Positions 9,036 to 17,877 of a stretch of DNA of 64,000 bases are shown piece after piece (the stretch's first letter is position 1; each line of letters starts with the position of its first letter). This DNA is from Myxococcota bacterium (lineage in GTDB: Bacteria > Myxococcota_A > UBA9160 > SZUA-336), in NCBI GenBank assembly GCA_965247115.1, contig CBDFGR010000002.1:1498669-1562668 (forward strand). The letters are read 5' to 3'. A program made the translations under genes and the position numbers. The notes below the pieces were generated by a model. It did not search any database. It was not told the DNA's origin and saw only the letters and a program-made list of their open reading frames with translations.

Positions 9036-10133
9036 TCAGCTCGGCGCGGCCCACGGATCGGGATCGAGGTCGAGGAAGCTCAGGGTCTCGGCCCCGAGCG
9101 CCGCGAGCGCCGCGTACAGGCGCTCGAGTCCCGGACGCTCCGTCGGGGCGTGTCCGGCATCGAGGAGACACATGCCTCGATCTTGGGCCGCTCGCGCAGC
9201 GTGGTGGCCCAGATCGCCCGTCACGACGGCGTCCGCGCCCGCCGCCGCGGCCAGGCTCAGCAGCTCAGAGCCCGAGCCGGGGATCACCGCGACCCGGTCG
9301 AGCACCCGGTCGGGGTCGCCGGCACGACGCAGCGTCTTCGTGTGTAGCTCCTCGGCCGCGCGCTGCGCCAGCCCCTGGAGCGTGGTCCCCGCGGCGGGTG
9401 TCCCGACTCGCCCGACCATTCCTGCGTTGCCATGGCGCTCGTAGACGTCGTAGGTAGGCTCCTCGTAGGGATGTGCAGCCACGAGCGCTCCCAGTGCCAG
9501 AGCTTCCTTGGATCGCGGCACCACGAACTCGAGCCGTACCTCGGGTTCCTCGTTCAGCCGTCCCTGCTTGCCCGTGCGGGGCTGGGTAGCAGCTCCGGCG
9601 AAGAAGGTCCCCACGCCCTCGGAACGGTAGGAGCAGCTCGAGTAGTTCCCGATCCGCCCCGCGCCCGCGGCGGAGACCGCCTGGAGCACCGACGGCGCGG
9701 CCTCCACGGGCAGAAAGGTGACGATCTTCAGGACATCTTGGCCGTACAGGGGGGCGAAGCCGGAGAGCTCGTCCAGGCCGAGTACCTCCGCCAGTGCGTC
9801 GGAGGTTCCTCCCTCGGCGACGTCGAAGTTCGTGTGGACCACGGCCAGCGCCGTGCCAAGGCGCGCCAGCCGCAACGTCCTGCCTTCCGGCGTCGCTCCA
9901 CTGAGCAGAGTGTTCGTGGACCGGAACAGCAACGGGTGGTAGCTGACGAGCAGGTCCACGGGACCTTGCTCCAGACGCGCGACGACCTCCTCGGTCACCT
10001 CGTGACACACTGCAACTCGTTCCACACGTGCAGAGGCATCTCCAAGCTGGAGGCCGACCGGATCCCAGGCCGCCGCCTTCTCAAACGGCGCACGCTGACC
10101 GAGCGAGGCGAGAAAGTCGGCTACCGTCCGCAC
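9036..10133 (-). CDS. Nif3-like dinuclear metal center protein (GTP cyclohydrolase 1 type 2 homolog)
   Basis: 365-aa ORF (GTG start); C-terminal AVIPGSGSELLSLAAAAGADAVVTGDLGHHAARAAQDRGMCLLDAGHAPTE is typical of Nif3/YqfO family. Confidence 0.75.
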   Translation of the reverse strand: MRTVADFLASLGQRAPFEKAAAWDPVGLQLGDASARVERVAVCHEVTEEVVARLEQGPVDLLVSYHPLLFRSTNTLLSGATPEGRTLRLARLGTALAVVHTNFDVAEGGTSDALAEVLGLDELSGFAPLYGQDVLKIVTFLPVEAAPSVLQAVSAAGAGRIGNYSSCSYRSEGVGTFFAGAATQPRTGKQGRLNEEPEVRLEFVVPRSKEALALGALVAAHPYEEPTYDVYERHGNAGMVGRVGTPAAGTTLQGLAQRAAEELHTKTLRRAGDPDRVLDRVAVIPGSGSELLSLAAAAGADAVVTGDLGHHAARAAQDRGMCLLDAGHAPTERPGLERLYAALAALGAETLSFLDLDPDPWAAPS

Positions 10134-10186
10134 ACGTCGGATGGTAGCGCCTTTGCCGGCGCTGCCGACTGAGGTACGATCCCGTG

Positions 10187-10405
10187 ATGCACATCTCGAT
10201 TACGTACTGCGGGGCCTGAAACTACCTCCCGCAGGCCACCAGTCTGGCGGCCACGATCAAGGCAGAAGTCGGCGTCGAGACCGAGTTGATTCGCGGCGGC
10301 AGCGGCGTCTTCGACGTAGAGGTCGACGGCCGCACGATCTACTCCAAATCCGAGACCGGCCGCTTCCCCGAGCCGGACGAGATCCTCCCGGAGCTCAAGG
10401 GGTAG
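10187..10405 (+). CDS. selenoprotein W-like (Rdx/SelW/SelT family) small redox protein with in-frame UGA (Sec) at 10217-10219
   Basis: Manual translation from ATG 10187: MHISITYCGA-U-NYLPQATSLAATIKAEVGVETELIRGGSGVFDVEVDGRTIYSKSETGRFPEPDEILPELKG*; CxxU motif and FDVEVDG...SK...GRFP signature; not in ORF track because of the TGA. Confidence 0.75.
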
Positions 10406-10411
10406 TGGGCC

Positions 10412-10500
10412 TTTTGGGACCCGGCCGCGGGCGTCCGCGGCCACCCACCTCCGCTCAGGCCAGGGGCCTTCGCTGCGCGCGCCGCTCTCGCAGCGCTTGC
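10412..10500 (+). repeat. GC-rich ~90-bp multi-hairpin repeat, copy A (REP/RPE/MITE-like family)
   Basis: TTTTGGGACCCGGCCGCGGGCGTCCGCGGCCACCCACCTCCGCTCAGGCC-AGG-GGCCTTCGCTGCGCGCGCCGCTCTCGCAGCGCTTGC, immediately after the selenoprotein stop; matches copies B-H. Confidence 0.85.
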
Positions 10501-10570
10501 GCGGGTGCTTGGTCGAGGACGGGGTCGGGAGATGTCGACAGGGATGGAGGCGCGGCCTAGGCTCCGTCGC

Positions 10571-10933
10571 ATGAGGCGTCGGCTTCTGGTTGTCACAACG
10601 GCCGCGATCCTCGGCGTGGGTTGTCTGGGGCCAACGCCGAATCCGGAAACTTGCAGGATCGAGATCGTCGGCGTCGAGAGCGCCGTCAACAACAACAGAG
10701 GCTTCGACATCTCGTACCGCGTGAAGGGGTACGCGGGAACACCAGGGGTCGTCTCACTCGTCGCGCAACGACACGACGGCGGCTACCTGTCGGGAAAGGG
10801 CGTCGACGTCGGCCCCGGAGCTTTCGTCGCAATCATCGAGCAAAAGCTCACCGGTCCCGCAACAGGCTACGTCGCCCTGCTCGAAGTCGCCGACAGCCGC
10901 TCCCGCGCCAACGCCAAACCACCAGAGGCCTAG
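10571..10933 (+). CDS. putative small secreted protein or lipoprotein
   Basis: Within ORF 10505..10933; MRRRLLVVTTAAILGVGC... resembles a signal peptide with lipobox-like LGVGC; bracketed by repeat copies A and B in inverted orientation. Start uncertain. Confidence 0.4.
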   Translation: MRRRLLVVTTAAILGVGCLGPTPNPETCRIEIVGVESAVNNNRGFDISYRVKGYAGTPGVVSLVAQRHDGGYLSGKGVDVGPGAFVAIIEQKLTGPATGYVALLEVADSRSRANAKPPEA

Positions 10934-10953
10934 CAGTCGACCTCGGCACCGCA

Positions 10954-11043
10954 GCAAGCGCCGCGAACGCGGCGCGCGCAGCGAAGGCCCTCGGCCTGAG
11001 CGGAGGTGGGTGGCCGCGGACGCCCGCGGCCGGGTCCCACAAG
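10954..11043 (-). repeat. GC-rich ~90-bp repeat, copy B (inverted relative to A)
   Basis: GCAAGCGCCGCGAACGCGGCGCGCGCAGCGAAGGCCCTCGGCCTGAGCGGAGGTGGGTGGCCGCGGACGCCCGCGGCCGGGTCCCACAAG; ends next to the korB stop codon. Confidence 0.85.
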
Positions 11044-12069
11044 TTACGAGACGGTCCAGCGGTCGCCGGCGAAGAGGAGGTCGGCGAGGCCTGCGTCGCC
11101 ATGCGCGAGCTCGGCCTGGGACTGCTCCTGCGTTTCACCGTCGAAGGTTGGCTCCTCCACGGCCCGCAGCACGCCGATCGGCGTGGGGAAGTCGGGCGCC
11201 TCGCAGCGGGCCAGCAACATGGACAACGTCGGGTCCCGATTCGTCTCGTCGTGCAGGACCTCCACGCCGTCGTCCTTGGCACCGACGTGACCAGCGTAGA
11301 GGCGCAGGTAGGTCGGGTTTAGCTTGAGCATACGATCGTGATCGTTGCCGTAGATGAGCGGCTGACCGTTCTCGAGCACGAGCAGGTGGTCGGACTTGAT
11401 CTTGCGGTCCTTGACCTCATCGAACACACCGTCGTTATAGACCGGGCAGTTCTGGTAGATCTCGAGGAAGGCAGAGCCTTTGTGCTCGGCCATCCGGCGA
11501 ATCATTTCCTGCAGGTGACGGGTCTCCGTGTCTACCGTCCGCGCGACGAAGGTCGCCTCGGCTCCCAGCGCCAGCGAGAGGGTGCGAAATGGCCGGGCCA
11601 CCGATCCGTTTGGCGACGACTTCGTCTTCATGCCGATCTCGGAGGTGGGCGAGAACTGACCCTTGGTCAGCCCGTAGACCTTGTTGTTGAACAGCAGGAT
11701 CTTCAGATCCACGTTGCGACGCAGCATGTGGATCAGGTGGTTTCCACCGATAGACAGCCCATCACCGTCGCCGGTCACCACCCACACGGACAGGTCGGGT
11801 CGTGCGATCTTCAGTCCGGTCGCGATGGCCGGCGCGCGCCCGTGAATCGTGTGAAAACCGAACGTGTCCATGTAGTACGGAAAGCGCGAGCTGCAGCCGA
11901 TCCCGGACACGAAGACGATGTTCTCGCGCGGGACGCCCAGCTCGGGCATGACCTTCTGCATCTGGGCGAGGATGGCGTAGTCGCCACAGCCCGGGCACCA
12001 GCGCACCGCCTCGTCCGGAATGAAGTCCTTCTTGGTCAGCTTCGGGGCATCTGCGGTCTGAATGCTCAT
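11044..12069 (-). CDS. korB: 2-oxoglutarate:ferredoxin oxidoreductase beta subunit
   Basis: 341 aa; WCPGCGDYAIL...GIGCSSRFPYYM...VVTGDGDGLSIGGNHLIHMLRRN, TPP-binding beta subunit signature; 4-bp overlap with korA. Confidence 0.85.
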   Translation of the reverse strand: MSIQTADAPKLTKKDFIPDEAVRWCPGCGDYAILAQMQKVMPELGVPRENIVFVSGIGCSSRFPYYMDTFGFHTIHGRAPAIATGLKIARPDLSVWVVTGDGDGLSIGGNHLIHMLRRNVDLKILLFNNKVYGLTKGQFSPTSEIGMKTKSSPNGSVARPFRTLSLALGAEATFVARTVDTETRHLQEMIRRMAEHKGSAFLEIYQNCPVYNDGVFDEVKDRKIKSDHLLVLENGQPLIYGNDHDRMLKLNPTYLRLYAGHVGAKDDGVEVLHDETNRDPTLSMLLARCEAPDFPTPIGVLRAVEEPTFDGETQEQSQAELAHGDAGLADLLFAGDRWTVS

Positions 12070-13949
12070 AGCCTCGCCTCGTGTAGGGCCCGTGTGGGAA
12101 GCAGCGGGCGAACAGCGTCGATGATCTCCTGAACCTTGAAGGGTTGGCCCTGCACCTTGTTCAGGCCCTTTGCGTCGACCAGGAAGCGGTGCCGCAGGAT
12201 CGAAAGCAGCTGGCCCATGTTGAGCTCCGCCACGATCACGTTGCGGTAGCGGGACAGGAGCTCGCCCACGTTCGACTGCATGGGGTTCAGGTAGCGCAGG
12301 TGGAGATGCCCGACGTCCGCGCCCTCGCTGCGCAGCGCCGCGGCCGCCTGGTGCAGCGAGCCGAAGGTGCCACCCCAGCCGACCAGGAGTACGTCACCGT
12401 GCTCCGGACCGTCGATCTCCGCCAGCGGAATCCGGTGCGCGATGCGCTCGAGCTTGGCGTGTCGGACGCGGTTCATGTGCTCGTGGTTCAGCGGGTCGTA
12501 CGAGACGTTTCCCGTCACGTCCTCTTTCTCCAGCCCTCCGATCCGGTGCTCGAGGCCCGGGGTGCCCGGCACCGCCCACGGGCGAACGAAATCGTCGTTG
12601 CGCAGGAACGGGTGGAATCCCTCGGGATCCACGCAGTTCTCGGAGCGGATCGGCTCGAGCTGCTCGGGGTCAGGCAAGAGCCAGGGCTCCGAGCCGTTCG
12701 CGAGCGACGCGTCGGACAGGTAGACGACCGGCGTCATGAACTCGATGGCAAAGCGGACCGCCTGGATCATGACGTCGAAACAGTCGGCAGGCGTCGCGGG
12801 AGCCACCACGGCCACAGGGCAGTCGCTGTTCCGACCGACCAGCGCCTGCATCAGATCGCCCTGCTCGGGCTTGGTCGGCATCCCGGTCGAGGGTCCGGCC
12901 CGCTGCACGTCGACGATCAGGAGCGGGAGCTCCGTCACGACCGCGAGCGCGATCCCCTCCTGCTTGAGCGTGAACCCGGGCCCGGAGGTTCCAGTCGCCC
13001 CCAGGACACCTCCAAACGAGGCGCCGATCGCTGCCGTCACGGCCGCGATCTCGTCCTCGGCCTGGAACGCGGTCACTCCGTAGCGGCCGTATCCCGAGAG
13101 GTGGTGCAGGATGTCGGAGGCGGGGGTGATCGGATAGCTCGCGTAGAAGATCTTGCGGCCCGCGAGCTGTCCCGCGGCCACGATGCCGAGCGCGGCGGCC
13201 TCGTTCCCCGTCACGTGGCGGTAGGGTCCCGGCTCGAGCTTGGCCGGCGGGACCCGATAGGTCGCGTCCACGAGCTCCGCCGTCTCACCAAAGTGGAAGC
13301 CCGTCAGGAAGACCTTGGCGTTCGACTCGGCGATCTCCGGTCGACGAGCGAACTTGGCTCGAATGGCCTCGACCTCGGGCTCGGGATCGCGGTTGTAGAG
13401 CCAGAACACGACGCCCAACGCAAACATATTTCGCGTCCGCTGCGTGTCCTTGGTCGATAGCCCACTGCCCTTGAGGGCTGCCGTCACGTGCTTGGAGAAG
13501 TCGATCTCGATCACGCGGTAGTCGGCGAGGCTCCCGTCCTCGAGCGGGCTTTTCTCGTAGCCTGCCAGCTCGAGGTTGCGCTTCTTGAACGACGAGTTGT
13601 CGACCAGAAGCATACCGCCGGGAATCAGGTCTGCGATGTTCGTCCTGAGCGCCGCGGGATTCATGGCCACGAGCACGTCGGGGGCGTCGCCAGCAGTAAA
13701 TATTTCGTTGCTGGAGAACTGCAGCTGGAAGCCGGAGACGCCAGCGAGACTCCCCGCGGGCGCGCGGATCTCCGCGGGGAAGTCCGGGAACGTGGCGATG
13801 TCATTGCCGAACAACGCCGCCGAGCGCGTGAACTCCGTCCCCGTGAGCTGCATCCCGTCACCCGAGTCGCCCACGAAGCGGACTACTACGGAGTCGAGCT
13901 CCTGGATGCGCGGATCGCCGACTTCGTCCGGGCCGTTCGGTTTTGTCAT
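12066..13949 (-). CDS. korA: 2-oxoglutarate:ferredoxin oxidoreductase alpha subunit
   Basis: 627 aa; RFVGDSGDGMQLTGTEF...FPDFPAEIRAPAG... typical of KorA/2-oxoacid:ferredoxin oxidoreductase alpha. Confidence 0.85.
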   Translation of the reverse strand: MTKPNGPDEVGDPRIQELDSVVVRFVGDSGDGMQLTGTEFTRSAALFGNDIATFPDFPAEIRAPAGSLAGVSGFQLQFSSNEIFTAGDAPDVLVAMNPAALRTNIADLIPGGMLLVDNSSFKKRNLELAGYEKSPLEDGSLADYRVIEIDFSKHVTAALKGSGLSTKDTQRTRNMFALGVVFWLYNRDPEPEVEAIRAKFARRPEIAESNAKVFLTGFHFGETAELVDATYRVPPAKLEPGPYRHVTGNEAAALGIVAAGQLAGRKIFYASYPITPASDILHHLSGYGRYGVTAFQAEDEIAAVTAAIGASFGGVLGATGTSGPGFTLKQEGIALAVVTELPLLIVDVQRAGPSTGMPTKPEQGDLMQALVGRNSDCPVAVVAPATPADCFDVMIQAVRFAIEFMTPVVYLSDASLANGSEPWLLPDPEQLEPIRSENCVDPEGFHPFLRNDDFVRPWAVPGTPGLEHRIGGLEKEDVTGNVSYDPLNHEHMNRVRHAKLERIAHRIPLAEIDGPEHGDVLLVGWGGTFGSLHQAAAALRSEGADVGHLHLRYLNPMQSNVGELLSRYRNVIVAELNMGQLLSILRHRFLVDAKGLNKVQGQPFKVQEIIDAVRPLLPTRALHEARL

Positions 13950-13957
13950 CGCCTTTC

Positions 13958-14464
13958 TCAGCCGCCGTACTTCTTCGGGATCTTGGCGGGATCAGGGGGA
14001 ACGTTTAGAACTGCGTCCGGAAACATCGACACGATGAACTGCACAATGTCTCGCATGGCGACGATGCCCACCGGCCGACGTTGCCCATCCACCAGCGGGA
14101 TGTGTCGGAAGCCGCCCTCCGCCATCTCGTTCAACGCGAGTGCGAGCCTGTGTTCGGGTCGGAGCACATCGGGGTCAGCCGTCATGACCTCACCTACGGA
14201 GATCGTGGACGTGTTGATTTCCTCCTGCACGATCCGGAGCAGATCGCGCTCGGTGAAGATACCCGCCAGCTTCCCGTCCTCAACTACCAGAACACAACCG
14301 GTGTGGTGCTCGTTCATGAGCCCGATCGCCTCTCGAACCGATAGCTCGCCCGAGACCTCGATCGGCTTCCTCGGGTCCAGTACCGAAATCGGCTCGTTCA
14401 TGATCGCTCCCCGGAGCGAAGTGGAATCCTCGTCGTATGCTTCGGAAAACTCGCTCTCCACCAT
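13958..14464 (-). CDS. CBS domain pair protein
   Basis: ATG at 14464 inside longer track ORF (whose N-terminal extension is translated repeat C); ...PISVLDPRKPIEVSGELSVREAIGLMNEHHTGCVLVVEDGKLAGIFTERDLLR... then a second CBS motif. Confidence 0.7.
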   Translation of the reverse strand: MVESEFSEAYDEDSTSLRGAIMNEPISVLDPRKPIEVSGELSVREAIGLMNEHHTGCVLVVEDGKLAGIFTERDLLRIVQEEINTSTISVGEVMTADPDVLRPEHRLALALNEMAEGGFRHIPLVDGQRRPVGIVAMRDIVQFIVSMFPDAVLNVPPDPAKIPKKYGG

Positions 14465-14653
14465 GAAGGCCTCCCCGAGCCCCTCCGGGCAGTGCGAAAG
14501 AATCCGGCCAGTGGCTCCTGGCGTCGACCTGGAGCGTGTCCGCACCCGCTGGGAGGGGTCGTTTGCGCCTCCGCAGTCTACCCCATCCGCCAGAGCGCAA
14601 CCCGAGATCGACCTAGACGCCGCGCCCGCTGGGTTGAGTACAGGGGCACTACT

Positions 14654-14743
14654 GCAAGCGCCGCGAAGACGGCGCGCGCAGCGAAGGCCGTAGGCCTGAG
14701 CGGAGGTGGGTGGCCGCGGCCGCCCGCGGCCGGGTCCCACAAG
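14654..14743 (-). repeat. GC-rich ~90-bp repeat, copy C
   Basis: GCAAGCGCCGCGAAGACGGCGCGCGCAGCGAAGGCCGTAGGCCTGAGCGGAGGTGGGTGGCCGCGGCCGCCCGCGGCCGGGTCCCACAAG, directly 3' of the alcohol dehydrogenase stop (14755). Confidence 0.85.
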
Positions 14744-14754
14744 ACCCGATCCCA

Positions 14755-15753
14755 CTAGATTCGGAGCACGGCGGACCCGACCACGTCCCCTCGCTTCAGG
14801 CGCTGCAGCGCGACGTTCGCCTGCTCGAGCGGGAAGCTGGTCGTGACGGGTCGGATGGGGATCTCCGCGGCCACGGCGAGCAGCTCCGCCCCGTCCCGGC
14901 GGGTGTTCGCCGTCACGCTCGTCAGTGTTCGCTCCTGAAACAGCTCTCCCTGGTAGCTGAGCGCCGGCACGTCGCTCATGTGGATGCCGGCACAGGCCAG
15001 GGTTCCGCCCGGCGCCAGCGCTCGCAGCGCGAGCGGGACGAGCTCACCCACGGGGGCGAAGTTGATCGCCGAGTCCAGAGCGCACGGAGGCTCCTCCGAC
15101 AGGCCGCCCGCCCAGGTCGCGCCGAGCTCGAGGGCAAGCTCGCGGTGTGACGCCTCTCTCGTCACCACGTAGACCTCGCAATTCCAGTGCCGCGCCACCT
15201 GCAGCGACAGGTGAGCCGAGGAGCCGAACCCGTACAGGCCCAGGCTGCAGCCGGGCCGCACCGCAGCCCGCCGCAGGGCGCGGTAGCCGATGATGCCCGC
15301 GCAAAGGAGAGGTGCAGCCTCTTCTGGGCTGAAGATCTCCGGAATGGCGTACGCGTACGCTTCCGGAACCGTCAGACGCTCGGCGTACCCACCGTCGACG
15401 TGCCAGCCGGTAAAGGTGGGCGCCTGGCACAGGTTCTCGCGTCCGCTCTGGCAGTAGGGGCAGAGGCGGCATGTGTCGTGGAGCCAGGCGACGCCCACCC
15501 GCGTACCAATCGGGAAGCGCGCGGCAGCGGAGCCACGAGCCGAGACGGTTCCCACGACCTGATGGCCGGGCACGACGCGCGGCTGTGCCTGGTCGAGCTC
15601 GCCCTCGATCAGGTGCAGATCGGTGCGGCAGACGCCGCAGGTGGACACCTCGACAAGGATCTCGGCGGGACCCGGCTCCGGATCGGGGAGCGACTCGAGA
15701 ACGAGCGGCGACCGCTCGATCGGGGCGGGGTCGTGCAACACCATCGCGCGCAT
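14755..15753 (-). CDS. zinc-dependent alcohol dehydrogenase family (MDR) oxidoreductase
   Basis: MRAMVLHD...CGVCRTDLHLIEGE...GHQVVGTV... and GLYGFGSSAHL NAD-binding region; start taken at internal ATG near 15753. Confidence 0.8.
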   Translation of the reverse strand: MRAMVLHDPAPIERSPLVLESLPDPEPGPAEILVEVSTCGVCRTDLHLIEGELDQAQPRVVPGHQVVGTVSARGSAAARFPIGTRVGVAWLHDTCRLCPYCQSGRENLCQAPTFTGWHVDGGYAERLTVPEAYAYAIPEIFSPEEAAPLLCAGIIGYRALRRAAVRPGCSLGLYGFGSSAHLSLQVARHWNCEVYVVTREASHRELALELGATWAGGLSEEPPCALDSAINFAPVGELVPLALRALAPGGTLACAGIHMSDVPALSYQGELFQERTLTSVTANTRRDGAELLAVAAEIPIRPVTTSFPLEQANVALQRLKRGDVVGSAVLRI

Positions 15754-15803
15754 CTGCGCCCGCCAGCTTGCCACACGAGCCCGCCGTGGGAACACTCGGC
15801 CGT

Positions 15804-16517
15804 GTGAATCTCATCCTGCTCGATCCCGAGGACTTCGTGTCCCGAGACCGTGTGCGGCTCACGGGTCGACGCCTGGACCACGTGCGCCACGTGTGCCGCG
15901 CCAGCGTGGGCGAGAGTCTGCGCGTGGGCGAGGTTGGCGGCATGCTCGGCTCCGGTCGCGTCCTGAGCCTGGCTGAGCAAGCCCTCGAGCTCGAGGTCAG
16001 GCTCGATCAGGCCCCCCCGGCGCCGCTCGCGGTCACCCTGGCCGTGGCCCTGCCGCGGCCGCCGGCTCTGCGCAGGCTACTGCAGCAGGCAACTGCGCTA
16101 GGGGTCAAGCGCATCCTGCTCTTTCACAGCAGGCGGGTGGAGAAGAGCTACTGGCAGAGCCATGGGCTCGAGAGCGCGGCCATCGAGATGCAGCTGCGGC
16201 TCGGCCTGGAGCAGGCGCGCGACACGATCCTACCCGAGGTCGGAACCCGCCGACGCTTCCGGCCCTTCGCCGAGGACGAGGTCCCGGAGCTGGCGAAAGT
16301 GGGCGCCGTCCTCGTGGCCGACCCGGGCGCCGCGCAGCTCACCGCTCCGGCTGATCCCGGCCAACCCTCGACGCTGATCGTCGGGCCGGAGGGGGGACTC
16401 GTGCCGTTCGAGCTCGAGCTACTGACGACGAGTGGCGCGCGCCTGCTGGGACTGGGCGAGCGCGTGCTTCGCGTGGAGACGGCCGTCGTGGCACTCCTCG
16501 CGCGCCTCGCGCTATAG
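15804..16517 (+). CDS. rsmE: 16S rRNA (uracil1498-N3)-methyltransferase RsmE-like
   Basis: GTG at 15804 in frame of ORF 15471..16517; C-terminal ...STLIVGPEGGLVPFELELL...GARLLGLGERVLRVETAV is RsmE-like. Confidence 0.65.
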   Translation: MNLILLDPEDFVSRDRVRLTGRRLDHVRHVCRASVGESLRVGEVGGMLGSGRVLSLAEQALELEVRLDQAPPAPLAVTLAVALPRPPALRRLLQQATALGVKRILLFHSRRVEKSYWQSHGLESAAIEMQLRLGLEQARDTILPEVGTRRRFRPFAEDEVPELAKVGAVLVADPGAAQLTAPADPGQPSTLIVGPEGGLVPFELELLTTSGARLLGLGERVLRVETAVVALLARLAL

Positions 16518-16526
16518 ACAGGGACC

Positions 16527-17831
16527 ATGGACACGATGGAGAAGCTCGTCGCGCTCTGCCTCAACCGAGGCTTCATCTATCCCTCGAGCGAGATCTACGG
16601 GGGAATCGCGGGATTCTGGGACTACGGCCCCCTGGGAACGGAGCTGCGCAGCAACCTCAAGGCCGCCTGGTGGAACCGCATGGTGCGCGAGCGCGACGAC
16701 GTCGTGGGCCTCGACTCCTCCATCATCGCGAACCCCGAAGCCTGGGTCGCCTCCGGTCACGTCGCGAACTTCAATGATCCGATGGTCGATTGCAGAAGCT
16801 GCAAGCGCCGCTTCCGCCCCGATCAGATCGACGCGAACGACCGCTGCAGCGAGTCGGAGAACGGCGAGCACGACCTGACCGAGCCCAGACAGTTCAACCT
16901 GATGCTCCGGACGCACGTCGGCGCCTCGGAGGACTCGACCACGCAAGCGTACCTGCGCGGCGAGACCTGCCAGTCGATCTTTCTCGACTTCAAACGCGTG
17001 ATGCAATCGAGCCGACTCAAGCCGCCCTTTGGCATCGCACAGATCGGAAAGGCGTTCCGCAACGAGATCACGCCAAGAAACTTCATCTTCCGCTCTCGCG
17101 AGTTCGAGCAGATGGAGCTGGAGTTCTTCACGCCTCCGTCGGATGCTCTCTCCTGGTTCGAACGCTGGCGCGAGCAGCGCTGGCAGTGGCATCTAGAGAT
17201 CGGGCTCCCCGAGAGCAAGCTGCACTGGCACGAGCACGGTCCCGACGAGCTCGCCCACTACGCGAAGCTGGCTTTCGACATAGTGTTTGACTTCCCATTT
17301 GGTCGCCACGAGCTGGAGGGTACGCACTACCGGGGCGACTACGATCTCGCCGCACACGGCGAGCACTCCGGCAAAGACCAGTCGTATACGGATCCCGAGA
17401 CCCGCGAGCGCTACCTCCCTCACGTCGTGGAGACATCCGTCGGTGTCGACCGCTGCATGCTGGCGTTGCTCACGAGCGCATACTCGGAAGACGAGGTCGC
17501 CGGAGACAAGCGCGTTGTGCTACGGCTAGCGCCGCAGATCGCCCCGGTCAAGGTGGGCCTGCTGCCACTCTCGAAGAAGCTGGCAGAGCCGGTCCAGAAG
17601 CTCGCGGTCGAGCTGCGAAGACGCTTTCATGTCGCCTTCGACAGCACGGCCAGCATCGGCAAGCGCTACCGACGGCAGGACGAGATCGGGACGCCGTATT
17701 GCGTGACCTACGACTTTGAGTCGGAGACCGACCAGATGGTCACCGTGCGAGAGCGAGACTCGACGGAGCAAGAGCGCATTGGGCTAAGCCAAGTGGCGAC
17801 GTACTTGAGCGACAAGATCTTCGGAACGTGA
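16527..17831 (+). CDS. glyQS: glycine--tRNA ligase (class II, dimeric type)
   Basis: 434 aa; MDTMEKLVALCLNRGFIYPSSEIYGGIAGFWDYGPLG...FRNEITPRNFIFRSREFEQMELEFF. Confidence 0.9.
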   Translation: MDTMEKLVALCLNRGFIYPSSEIYGGIAGFWDYGPLGTELRSNLKAAWWNRMVRERDDVVGLDSSIIANPEAWVASGHVANFNDPMVDCRSCKRRFRPDQIDANDRCSESENGEHDLTEPRQFNLMLRTHVGASEDSTTQAYLRGETCQSIFLDFKRVMQSSRLKPPFGIAQIGKAFRNEITPRNFIFRSREFEQMELEFFTPPSDALSWFERWREQRWQWHLEIGLPESKLHWHEHGPDELAHYAKLAFDIVFDFPFGRHELEGTHYRGDYDLAAHGEHSGKDQSYTDPETRERYLPHVVETSVGVDRCMLALLTSAYSEDEVAGDKRVVLRLAPQIAPVKVGLLPLSKKLAEPVQKLAVELRRRFHVAFDSTASIGKRYRRQDEIGTPYCVTYDFESETDQMVTVRERDSTEQERIGLSQVATYLSDKIFGT

Positions 17832-17877
17832 GTCGGGCGGGGCGCGCCCGTCGCGAGCTTCGTCTTCCTCTGCGCGC

